A stretch of 31,327 nt of DNA from Patescibacteria group bacterium (GTDB lineage: Bacteria > Patescibacteriota > Minisyncoccia > Phycocordibacterales > CAIRYW01): NCBI GenBank assembly GCA_030917145.1, contig JAUPVJ010000041.1:1-31327 (forward strand), read 5' to 3'. Positions 1 to 8,007 of the stretch are shown here, in pieces. Below the pieces are notes generated by a model. The model searched no databases and was not told where the DNA came from. It was given only the letters and a program-made list of their open reading frames with translations. Each line of letters opens with the position of its first letter. Position 1 is the stretch's first letter. A program made the position numbers and the translations under genes.

Positions 1-3
1 GAT

Positions 4-45
4 AAACAAAAAACCACCAGACTTTCGTCCGGTGGTTTTTTGTTT
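4..45 (-). terminator. Intrinsic terminator (bidirectional-type) downstream of the acidic protein gene
   Basis: Inverted repeat aaacaaaaaaccacc(4-18)/ggtggttttttgttt(31-45) around gac-tttc-gtc. On the minus strand this gives a GAAA loop and a U-tract. Confidence 0.85.
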
Positions 46-51
46 TACCTC

Positions 52-789
52 CTACAGCTCATCCTCAGCATCTTCTGCAAGCTCTCTTGCTTCCTCGGCT
101 CGGTCTACTGCCTCGTCGTAATCCTCATCGTCATAAGCATCCTCGGCATCATCTAATCGATCTTCTGCTTCATCTAAGAGATCCCACGCTTCATCCACAT
201 CATCACCATCGTCATCTGCGTCTTCGATCATGTCTCGTGCGTCTTCTATAGCATCTCTTGCCTCATCTATTGCATCTTCTGCTTCATTATCGTCACTGTC
301 ATTACTGTCGTCATCAATTTCATCTATTGCATCGTTTGCTAGGTCCTGCGCGTCGTTTGCGAAGTCTACTGCATCAGCATAATCTTTGTCGTCATATGCG
401 TCCTCTGCGTCATCTAAGGCCTCACGAGCGTCGTCTAGGAGGTCATCTGCGTCCCCAGTGTCTTCGTTGTCGTCTTCTGCTTTATCGTGTTCGTCTTCGG
501 CATCTTCTATGGCATCTTTTGCATCTTCGATTGCATCTTTGGCGTCAGACTTATCGTAATCGTTGTTGTAGTTATTGTTGTAATAATAACTACCTCCTCC
601 ACCTTTTAGTACTCGAATCTCATTTTGTAATGCATTTATGTATTGTTGCAAAAGGGAAATAAGTTGTGCTTGGGATGCAATTATTGAAGCATTGCTTTGT
701 GATTGCGCATTTGCTTTTCCTGCATTTGCTGTAAACACAAATAGGAACGCCATTGAAAAAAGAACTGTATTTAATATATTTTTTTTCAT
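52..789 (-). CDS. Secreted hyper-acidic protein with two 77-aa helical repeats
   Basis: Signal peptide MKKNILNTVLFSMAFLFVFTANA, short coiled coil, Y/N linker, then repeats at aa 82-158 and 169-245. 84 of the last 165 residues are D/E. Confidence 0.85.
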   Translation of the reverse strand: MKKNILNTVLFSMAFLFVFTANAGKANAQSQSNASIIASQAQLISLLQQYINALQNEIRVLKGGGGSYYYNNNYNNDYDKSDAKDAIEDAKDAIEDAEDEHDKAEDDNEDTGDADDLLDDAREALDDAEDAYDDKDYADAVDFANDAQDLANDAIDEIDDDSNDSDDNEAEDAIDEARDAIEDARDMIEDADDDGDDVDEAWDLLDEAEDRLDDAEDAYDDEDYDEAVDRAEEARELAEDAEDEL

Positions 790-811
790 CTTTTTATTAA
801 TTAGTTGATAA

Positions 812-1528
812 CTATTTTTTCTCTGTTGTTGTAGCTGATTTTGTTTTCAAGAGATCGAGAGCTTCTTTTGTCTCTTTAGGGTAAATTTTTTGTAAGATTT
901 TTTCCATTTCTTCTTTGTCTTTAAAACCATTGATTGTCTCGTCTCCAATTACAACGATCGGAAGAGGTTCTTTGATTTTAAATATAGTTGCAAGTGTTTT
1001 TACTGCAGAGAGATCTAGGTTGTAGTCGAAAGAGTATACTCGTAGTGCAGGGTACTTTTCTCGCAGGTATGTAAGGACTAGACTTGTTTTCTGGCAGTCT
1101 TGGCAATTTTTCTCATTTCCGTAAAAGTAAAAGGCGAACATGAATTTCTTTCCACATCTCTCACTAATTCTTTTCATTAAAATATAGTCTTTGATTTCAA
1201 GTAGGGAATAGAATTTTTTTAGCTCAATTACTTCTTTGTTTTCAGCTCCTAAGTTTTGTGCGCTAAATTCGATTCTTTCAGCCAGGGAATTGAGCTCGTC
1301 TGAAAGCACGGAGCTTCCTACGTCTTTGCAAGAAAGTTCTGAGAGTAGTGAGAATTGAGTCTCTGAAGAAAGGATACTTGTTGAAATTGAATCTTGGATG
1401 CGTTTGATCTCGTAGATCCTTTTGTTGTTGAAATAGTTGCTTGCGTATAGAGCTGTTGAAAAAATTGCTCCTGTGATAGCAAAGACTATTGCGTACTTTT
1501 TCCAATCAATATGTTTAGAATTATTCAT
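812..1528 (-). CDS. Membrane-anchored thioredoxin-fold (CxxC) protein
   Basis: N-terminal TM helix; FYFY...CQDC motif, LRVYSFD and a P-x-V-V-I strand typical of the Trx fold. Confidence 0.7.
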   Translation of the reverse strand: MNNSKHIDWKKYAIVFAITGAIFSTALYASNYFNNKRIYEIKRIQDSISTSILSSETQFSLLSELSCKDVGSSVLSDELNSLAERIEFSAQNLGAENKEVIELKKFYSLLEIKDYILMKRISERCGKKFMFAFYFYGNEKNCQDCQKTSLVLTYLREKYPALRVYSFDYNLDLSAVKTLATIFKIKEPLPIVVIGDETINGFKDKEEMEKILQKIYPKETKEALDLLKTKSATTTEKK

Positions 1529-1534
1529 TTGTTT

Positions 1535-2758
1535 TTATCTCCATGGAGCGTGTTTACCGACTAAATTATTATAGACTGATTTAATAAGCCAAAAAGGCGC
1601 TATAAGAGAGTATAGAAGAATAAAGTACAATGCGTCAATGGAAAACCTCCATTTTCCATTTGTAAATTTTGAAGCATAAGTCACGATGAAAAGGGTCATG
1701 AAGAAAAGTAAGAGACCAAGTATTGAAATTGTGTTTGTGTTTAAGAAAAACCATTCAAAATTTCCGAATTGTGGCATCGAGATTCCAACAGTTTTCCATT
1801 TTAAGATATGATCCACAAGGCTTTGAATAAATCGAATTAAGTTTGAAACAAGGAAAATCAGCGTGACAAAAAGCCCCACTACAGCAATAGGTAAAATAAA
1901 CACTCCAAGATCACCATATTTTTTATTGAAAACCATTTCTTTATAGTCAATTAGGTTTCCAAGAAAACCACTAGTCCACCGCACTCTTTGTTTGTAGAGT
2001 TTTTTGATTGTCTCAGGGCCTACTGTGTACACGAGGGCTCCGTCTGCATTTTCAATTTTAAGCCCGTGTTTTTGCATACGCATCGCAATTTCCATGTCTT
2101 CTGTGTTGTGTGCGTGTTTAAAAAGTCCAATTTTTGTGAAAACTTCTTTTCTAAAAAAAGAAAATGGTCCAGGTGTGATGTGTACCGCATCAATAATTGA
2201 AAGAATTCTTCGCAGTAAATTACCATACTCATATTCTGCTTTTTGCATTTTTTGTAAGATATTTTTTGGTTTGTGAATTACGGTCGAAGGTGTTACTGCC
2301 ATTGTCACAGGGTTTTTAAATTTTCTCATGATTCGCAGGAGTGCGTCTGGCATTACAAAAGAGTCTGCGTCGAGACAACCTACGAAATCTGTCTTTGCAT
2401 TTTCAATTGCATAGTTTAAAACTGTAAATTTTCCACCATTTTCTTTTGTGTGGACTTCAATCATCGGGTGATTTTTGTAGACTTCAAGGGCTTTGAGTGT
2501 GCCGTCAGTGGAACCGTCGTCTACGACCATAATATGTAGATTTTCTTTTGGATATTCAAGGTTGAGAATTGATTCGACTGTGCCTAAGACGGTTGTTTCT
2601 TCGTTAAAACACGGGACGATTACAGTCACAGGTGGTGTGTAGTCGTCAGCAACCTCTTCTTTTTTTCTACCTTCAAAAAATGAGATCAGTAAAAAAACCT
2701 CGAAATAGAGGGTAAAAAAAATAAACGTATAGCTGATCCCTTGTAAAACCGCGTCCAT
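1535..2758 (-). CDS. Processive glycosyltransferase family 2 (PgaC/IcaA/cellulose synthase-like)
   Basis: VIVPCFNE, VDDGS, LDADS, TED and QRVRW motifs; N- and C-terminal TM helices. Confidence 0.9.
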   Translation of the reverse strand: MDAVLQGISYTFIFFTLYFEVFLLISFFEGRKKEEVADDYTPPVTVIVPCFNEETTVLGTVESILNLEYPKENLHIMVVDDGSTDGTLKALEVYKNHPMIEVHTKENGGKFTVLNYAIENAKTDFVGCLDADSFVMPDALLRIMRKFKNPVTMAVTPSTVIHKPKNILQKMQKAEYEYGNLLRRILSIIDAVHITPGPFSFFRKEVFTKIGLFKHAHNTEDMEIAMRMQKHGLKIENADGALVYTVGPETIKKLYKQRVRWTSGFLGNLIDYKEMVFNKKYGDLGVFILPIAVVGLFVTLIFLVSNLIRFIQSLVDHILKWKTVGISMPQFGNFEWFFLNTNTISILGLLLFFMTLFIVTYASKFTNGKWRFSIDALYFILLYSLIAPFWLIKSVYNNLVGKHAPWR

Positions 2759-2879
2759 TTGTTTTTGTATTATACATCATTTTTCTCTTTTTGAAAACCA
2801 TTTATGTTGAAAATCTTTTTGTTAAAAAAAGCTGGAATTTCTTTGTCTTTAGCTATACAATTGGGATTCAAATAAATAA

Positions 2880-3584
2880 ATGGAAAACAAGAAAGGGCAC
2901 AGCCATATCATCAGTCAGGCAATAGACGACATCATTCGGATCATGGGAGAGATCGGTTTTTCCGCTGTTGCAGGACCAGAAGTAGAAAGTGAGTTTTATA
3001 ATTTTGATGCACTAAATTTTCCAAAGAATCATCCAGCAAGAGATATGCAAGACACTTTTTGGGTAAAGCAATCTGAAAGTGAAAAAGAAAAACTTCTTCT
3101 TCGTACTCACACTTCACCAGTTCAAATTCGTTATCTTGAAAAGCACAAACCACCATGTGCAATTATTGTGCCTGGAAAAGTTTATAGAAATGAGGCCACA
3201 GACGCGACTCACGAAGCACAGTTTTACCAAGTGGAAGGTTTGTATGTTGCAGAAAAAGTTTCGATGGCAGAGTTGAAGGGGACACTGCTTCATTTGTTTA
3301 AGGGCTACTTTGGAGAAGACACAGAGATCATCATGCGACCTTCATTTTTTCCTTTTGTGGAACCTGGAGTTGAGGTGGCGATGAAATGGAAAGGACGAAC
3401 TCTTGAAATGATGGGAGCAGGCCTCGTGCATCCAAATGTTTTGCGATCTGCTGGGATTGATCCGGAAAAGTACCAAGGTTTTGCTTTTGGTGGAGGAATA
3501 GATCGGATGGTGATGATTAAATATGGAATCGATGATATTCGTATGCTTTATAACGGAGATTTGCGATTGGTTAATCAGTTTTAA
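2880..3584 (+). CDS. pheS: Phenylalanine-tRNA ligase alpha subunit (N-terminally shortened)
   Basis: NFDALNFPKNHPARDMQDTF, LLRTHTSPVQ, FYQVEGL, RPSFFPFVEPG, GFAFGGGIDR. Confidence 0.97.
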   Translation: MENKKGHSHIISQAIDDIIRIMGEIGFSAVAGPEVESEFYNFDALNFPKNHPARDMQDTFWVKQSESEKEKLLLRTHTSPVQIRYLEKHKPPCAIIVPGKVYRNEATDATHEAQFYQVEGLYVAEKVSMAELKGTLLHLFKGYFGEDTEIIMRPSFFPFVEPGVEVAMKWKGRTLEMMGAGLVHPNVLRSAGIDPEKYQGFAFGGGIDRMVMIKYGIDDIRMLYNGDLRLVNQF

Positions 3585-3592
3585 ATTTAAAG

Positions 3593-5560
3593 ATGAAAAT
3601 AAGTTACAACCTATTACAAACATATTTCGATAAAAAACTTCCAGATGCAAAAGAAGTGATCTCTTTGCTTGAGCGTCATTTGGCAGAAGTAGAAGATGTC
3701 GAAGAAAAAGGTGACGACACTGTTTTTGATGTAAATATTTTGCCGGATAGAGCGCCTTACGCTCTGGGACACGAAGCGATTGCTTTTGAGCTTTCGGCTT
3801 TGCTTGGTGAAGATTTTGAGAAGCGAGAGTTTGCGACTTTAAGCGCGGATCTGCTAAAGATCGACGCCTCTGTCGATGAAGCTACACTTTGTGATCGACA
3901 AATTTTTGTAAAAATCGAAAATGTAGACAATGAAAAAGAAACTCCTTTGGAAATTAAAAAAGTTTTAGAAAGTCTTTCTCAAAGATCAATAAGTTTTCTT
4001 GTAGATCTCACAAACTTTGCAATGCTAGATGTTAGACAACCTCTGCATATTTTTGATGCAGAGAAGGTTATAGGAAAAATTACTATTCGAAAAGGGAAAG
4101 AGGGCGAGAAAGTTACCACTCTTGACGGTAAAGACCTTGCTGTCGATGAATCAATGCTTGTTATTGCAGATGAAGAAGGTCCACTCGACATTGCTGGAAT
4201 TAAAGGTGGAAAGAAAGCGGAAGTAACCAAGACCACAAAAAATATCATTTTGACAGCTTCTCATTTTGACGCAGTTTCAATTAGACAAACCTCACAAAAG
4301 GTGGGAATTAAAACAGATGCTTCAAAGAGGTTTGAAAACAACATAAGTGCTAAATATGTAGAGGTTGGCGCCATGGTCTTTTTAAAGCTTTTGGAAAAAT
4401 ACTGCCCAGAGTCAAAAATTGTTTCATTTATAGATATCAATAATTTTACAGATAAGGAAAAAAATATTTCTGTACCACATGAGTTTATAGACGAAAAAAT
4501 AGGGGTGAAAATTGGTGCTACGAAAATTGAAGAGATTCTACAAAAAATTGATCTAAAAGTTTCGCTTACTGACGGTGTCTTTGAGGTGGTGGTACCTGAG
4601 TACCGAAAAGATTTAAATATAAAGGAAGATATTGTAGACGAAATTGCTCGAACCCTTGGGTACGATGCTGTAGAAGCGACACTGCCTCAAATAAAAGAAA
4701 AAGGAGAGAAAGAGAAAATTTTCAATCTTTCAAACAAAGCAAGAAATTTTTTAAATTCACTTGGTTTTTCTGAAATCTTTACACACGCCCTCCTCGAAAG
4801 TGGGGAAGTTGCTTTGGCAAACCCACTAGCAAGCGACAAGGCTTATTTACGTACAAACTTGAGCTTTTCTTTAGAAAAAGCTCTAAAGGAAAATATTTAC
4901 TACGCTGATCTTTTGGGTTTGTCTCAAGTTAAGGTTTTTGAAATTGGAAAAGTTTTCAGAAAGGACCGTGAGTTTACTTCGCTTTCCGTAGGGATCGGTT
5001 TTAAAAAAGCTTCCAAAGGAGAAAGTGTAAATGAAGAAATAAAAAAAGTAAGAGATTTATTTGTCGAAACTTTTGGATCAAAGGCTCAAACTTTGTGTAC
5101 TGTGGACGACAGTGGGGGGATTATAAATCTTTCTGGAAAACAAATTGGGGTTATAAATAATCTCGACGGAATTTTTGAAATTGATTTCGATGCTTTCATT
5201 GAAGAATTACCAAATGAAGAAATTTCTCTTGAGAGAAATTTCAGTTCTGAAAAAATGAAGCGCATCTCTTCATTCCCGTTTATTACTCGCGACATTGCTT
5301 TCTTTGTACAAGGGGAAGTTCACAAAGAAGAAGAGTTAAAAGAAAATTTAAAAAACTTAGCAGGAGAAAATTTACAAAATATTTATCTCTTTGATTTGTT
5401 TGAAAAGAAAAACAAAGAAACAGGAATTGTGGAAAAAATTTCTTATGGATTTAGACTTGTCTTTCAGTCTTTCGAAAAGACTCTTACCGATGTCGAAGTT
5501 GAGCCAATTGTTGCTCAGATTTATGACGATCTAAAATCTAAAGGTTTTGAAATTAGATAA
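3593..5560 (+). CDS. pheT: Phenylalanine-tRNA ligase beta subunit (lacks B2 OB domain)
   Basis: VDLTNFAML..QPLHIFD, TDASKRFE, VPEYRKDLNIKEDIVDEIAR, and C-terminal FDX-ACB domain (FPFITRDIAF); directly follows pheS. Confidence 0.96.
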   Translation: MKISYNLLQTYFDKKLPDAKEVISLLERHLAEVEDVEEKGDDTVFDVNILPDRAPYALGHEAIAFELSALLGEDFEKREFATLSADLLKIDASVDEATLCDRQIFVKIENVDNEKETPLEIKKVLESLSQRSISFLVDLTNFAMLDVRQPLHIFDAEKVIGKITIRKGKEGEKVTTLDGKDLAVDESMLVIADEEGPLDIAGIKGGKKAEVTKTTKNIILTASHFDAVSIRQTSQKVGIKTDASKRFENNISAKYVEVGAMVFLKLLEKYCPESKIVSFIDINNFTDKEKNISVPHEFIDEKIGVKIGATKIEEILQKIDLKVSLTDGVFEVVVPEYRKDLNIKEDIVDEIARTLGYDAVEATLPQIKEKGEKEKIFNLSNKARNFLNSLGFSEIFTHALLESGEVALANPLASDKAYLRTNLSFSLEKALKENIYYADLLGLSQVKVFEIGKVFRKDREFTSLSVGIGFKKASKGESVNEEIKKVRDLFVETFGSKAQTLCTVDDSGGIINLSGKQIGVINNLDGIFEIDFDAFIEELPNEEISLERNFSSEKMKRISSFPFITRDIAFFVQGEVHKEEELKENLKNLAGENLQNIYLFDLFEKKNKETGIVEKISYGFRLVFQSFEKTLTDVEVEPIVAQIYDDLKSKGFEIR

Positions 5561-5565
5561 AATGA

Positions 5566-5588
5566 AACCTCCTTTTTGAGGGGAGGTT
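5566..5588 (+). terminator. Hairpin terminator after pheT, shared with the convergent small ORF
   Basis: aacctccttt-ttg-aggggaggtt stem with G-U pairs. Confidence 0.7.
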
Positions 5589-5754
5589 AGTTTAGTCCGT
5601 AATTAAAGATTGCGGAATCAAATAAGGCTGTTCTTGTTGGGGCAAATATTTCCAGGACCCTTAGCTGGTGGATTGGGTTTGTGGCTGTAAAAGCAGCCTG
5701 TAGGATCCCATTGAGGCGAGCCACTTCCTCAGGTGAAAGAACATGATGTTGCAT
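5587..5754 (-). CDS. Small hypothetical protein, 55 aa (not in ORF track): MQHHVLSPEEVARLNGILQAAFTATNPIHQLRVLEIFAPTRTALFDSAIFNYGLN
   Basis: Hand translation. Own promoter TTGACT-17-TATGGT ending 8 nt before the ATG; the stop codon overlaps the hairpin at 5566-5588. Confidence 0.6.
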   Translation of the reverse strand: MQHHVLSPEEVARLNGILQAAFTATNPIHQLRVLEIFAPTRTALFDSAIFNYGLN

Positions 5755-5762
5755 ACTTTTAA

Positions 5763-5791
5763 ACCATACAATTTTTAATTATAAAAGTCAA
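5763..5791 (-). promoter_or_regulatory. Sigma70-type promoter for the 55-aa ORF (leaderless type)
   Basis: Minus strand TTGACT(5791-5786), 17-nt spacer, TATGGT(5768-5763). Confidence 0.6.
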
Positions 5792-5796
5792 ATCAA

Positions 5797-5840
5797 AAAA
5801 AACAAGCCGGTTTTGCTTTCGCAAAACCGGCTTGTTTTTT
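5797..5840 (-). terminator. Perfect 20-bp inverted repeat terminator of the YceI gene
   Basis: aaaaaacaagccggttttgc-tttc-gcaaaaccggcttgtttttt; GAAA loop on the minus strand. Confidence 0.9.
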
Positions 5841-5857
5841 AGGATGCTTAGTTTTTT

Positions 5858-6502
5858 TTAATTCGCCACAAAATCAAAGTAAAGATTTACTTCGTCAGCG
5901 ACTTCTGCCACAAATGATACCTCTGGAATTGTTAGTCCAAAATCTTTGTATTTGATTGTTGTCTTTGCACTTCCTACAATGCTCCCATCTTCTGTTTGTC
6001 GAGCTTGCGTATCAAAAATCACTTTCTTTGTTACGCCTGCAATTTTTAGATTTCCTTCAACTGTAAAAGTGTAACTTTCTAAAGCTTTTGGTTCTGCTGG
6101 GAGTCCTGTAACAGTTTCGGGAGTAAATACGATAAATTCATTTGCTACATCATCAGTTTTTAAGATAAATCGATTGATCGCTCTGTCTCTCCCTTCTGAT
6201 TCAGTCTTTAAAGCTCGAGCATTGATTTTTATTTCGCTTACTTTCGGTCCCTCAGAAGTAAAAGTAATTTTTCCAGATACATTGGTTGTTGATCCCACAA
6301 CTGTAAAAGGAGACCCTCTAAGTACTTCGTAGATTTCAAAACGCGCTTTTGATTTTTCAGAAATAATAGTTTTTTCACCAGAAACTGTTTCTGTTTTTTC
6401 TGCAATGGTATTTGTTGGTGCAGGGGTCGGTCTAAAAGCGTACGCTAAAAGCCCAAGAGCGATTAATATAAGTCCTAAAACAATAAGTGATATTTTTTTC
6501 AT
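5858..6502 (-). CDS. YceI-like lipid/polyisoprenoid-binding protein, membrane anchored
   Basis: SKARFEIYEVL..FTVVGST, SEGRDRAI, GNLKIAGVTKKV, DFGL pattern of the YceI beta-barrel; N-terminal TM/signal. Confidence 0.88.
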   Translation of the reverse strand: MKKISLIVLGLILIALGLLAYAFRPTPAPTNTIAEKTETVSGEKTIISEKSKARFEIYEVLRGSPFTVVGSTTNVSGKITFTSEGPKVSEIKINARALKTESEGRDRAINRFILKTDDVANEFIVFTPETVTGLPAEPKALESYTFTVEGNLKIAGVTKKVIFDTQARQTEDGSIVGSAKTTIKYKDFGLTIPEVSFVAEVADEVNLYFDFVAN

Positions 6503-6624
6503 AGATTTTTTTTACTTACTAACGGCTACATTTTAGCATATTTGAAACTTAGAAAAATACAGAAAATTGAGGTATAATTTGATCTCTAGGAGAGTTAAAA
6601 GTTTACCACCTAATAAAAAACTAT

Positions 6625-6930
6625 ATGTTATTTTTTCTAATTTTAGGGTTGCTTCTTGGGTCAGTTACAGTAATTTTTGCACTACAAAACACTGAAATTA
6701 TTACAGTTTCTTTTTTTAATTATGAATTTTCTGGATCTTTGGCTTTAATCCTTTTGCTCGCTGCGCTTTCTGGTGTGGTGGTCTGTCTTTTTCTTAGTGT
6801 TCCGGAAATGATAAAAAGTCATCTAAATTTTAGAGCATTAAAAAAACAAAACAAAAATTTGGAAGAGGAGCTAAATCTCTTAAAAACGAGTGTGAGTCGA
6901 TTGCCTAAAGACGGCGAAGTTAAGTTGTAG
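6625..6930 (+). CDS. LapA/DUF1049-family small membrane protein
   Basis: VIFALQNTEIITVSFF motif, two TM helices, C-terminal coiled coil. Confidence 0.8.
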   Translation: MLFFLILGLLLGSVTVIFALQNTEIITVSFFNYEFSGSLALILLLAALSGVVVCLFLSVPEMIKSHLNFRALKKQNKNLEEELNLLKTSVSRLPKDGEVKL

Positions 6931-6938
6931 TTTTTGAA

Positions 6939-7226
6939 ATGTCTTTTCCGGAGCAATTTTTTGTATACATTGTAAAATGTTTCGATGAGACTTTTTATAT
7001 TGGATCTACAAACGATCTAGAAAAACGCATCTATGCTCACAATTTTCTAAAGTCCGGTGCGCACTACACAAAGATTCGCAGACCAGTAGAGCTTGTGTAC
7101 TTTGAAGAGGTAAAAGATCTCTCGTCTGCGCGTAAAAGAGAAGCGAAAATTAAAAAGCTAAAAAGGGAAGAGAAGATCCTTTTGATTAAGAAAAATCAAA
7201 AGAAGTTAAAGACCGATCGAACTTAA
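6939..7226 (+). CDS. GIY-YIG nuclease (UPF0213/YazA-like)
   Basis: FFVYIVKC.D.TFYIGSTNDLEKRIYAHN...GAHYTKIRRPVELVYFE...ARKRE. Overlaps the 3' end of the convergent gene by 21 nt. Confidence 0.92.
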   Translation: MSFPEQFFVYIVKCFDETFYIGSTNDLEKRIYAHNFLKSGAHYTKIRRPVELVYFEEVKDLSSARKREAKIKKLKREEKILLIKKNQKKLKTDRT

Positions 7227-7976
7227 AAAAGTTTTTAACTCCTCTCCTTGTAGTTGTCGGAAATGCCCAGATGGTAAATCCCCGAGAGTTACATTCATGA
7301 TTCTTTCTCTTTTTAAGGTGTCCACGTCGTTAAAAAGGGCAGAGCACATTCTTCTGATCTGGTGTTTTTTTCCTTCAGTAAGGGTCACTCTAAAAGTAAA
7401 ATCGTCTATGATTTTCACCTTACATTTTTCTGTTTTGTAACCTTCTATATTTACTCCAGCCTCCATTTTTTCTTTGAAGTTGTTTCTTAGCTTCAATTTT
7501 GTAGTCACTAAATATTCTTTCTCGTGAGAGTGCTTTGGGTTTAAAAGTCTGTCAGTCACACGCCCGTCGTCTGTCAAAATCATGAGCCCTGTAGAAGACT
7601 TGTCGAGTCGTCCAATTGGAAAAACGCCTTTCATGTTGAAGTTTCCACTTAAGTCTTTTGCGATGTCTTTTTGTCCAAACTGAGGCGAGTGGGTAATAAC
7701 TCCGTACGGTTTATTGTAAGCAAAGTATCGAAACTCTTTTTTTACCTGTCCTCCACGTAGTTCCACTTTATCTTTATCAGTTACTTTGTCACCTAAAACT
7801 GCGCGTCTGCCGTTTATAAAAATCTGATTTTTTGAGATCAAATCATCAGCACCACGTCGAGTGGAATAACCATGCAAAGCAAGGTATTTGTTGATCCGGA
7901 GTCCTTCGGACTTGTTTTGCTCCTTGTTTTTTGTGGGAGCTTTGGTGGGTTTAATTTTTGGTGTTGGTTTTTTCAT
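7206..7976 (-). CDS. rRNA pseudouridine synthase, RsuA/RluB/RluF family (RluF-like)
   Basis: S4 domain RINKYLA..STRRGAD; NKPYGV, GRLDKSSTGL, HEKEY, EGKKHQIRRM. Start revised to ATG 7976, which follows an extended -10 (TGcTATACT). Confidence 0.92.
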   Translation of the reverse strand: MKKPTPKIKPTKAPTKNKEQNKSEGLRINKYLALHGYSTRRGADDLISKNQIFINGRRAVLGDKVTDKDKVELRGGQVKKEFRYFAYNKPYGVITHSPQFGQKDIAKDLSGNFNMKGVFPIGRLDKSSTGLMILTDDGRVTDRLLNPKHSHEKEYLVTTKLKLRNNFKEKMEAGVNIEGYKTEKCKVKIIDDFTFRVTLTEGKKHQIRRMCSALFNDVDTLKRERIMNVTLGDLPSGHFRQLQGEELKTFLSSIGL

Positions 7977-8007
7977 TGTTTTTGCGAGTATAGCACAAAG
8001 GTCTTCA

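Noticed and set aside
258-662. 134-aa His/Arg/Leu-rich plus-strand ORF
   Set aside because: Shadow of the repetitive Asp/Ala codons of the real minus-strand gene.
6939-7226. GIY-YIG as a homing endonuclease or mobile element
   Set aside because: Stand-alone 95-aa UPF0213-type domain with no DNA-binding extension or intron context.
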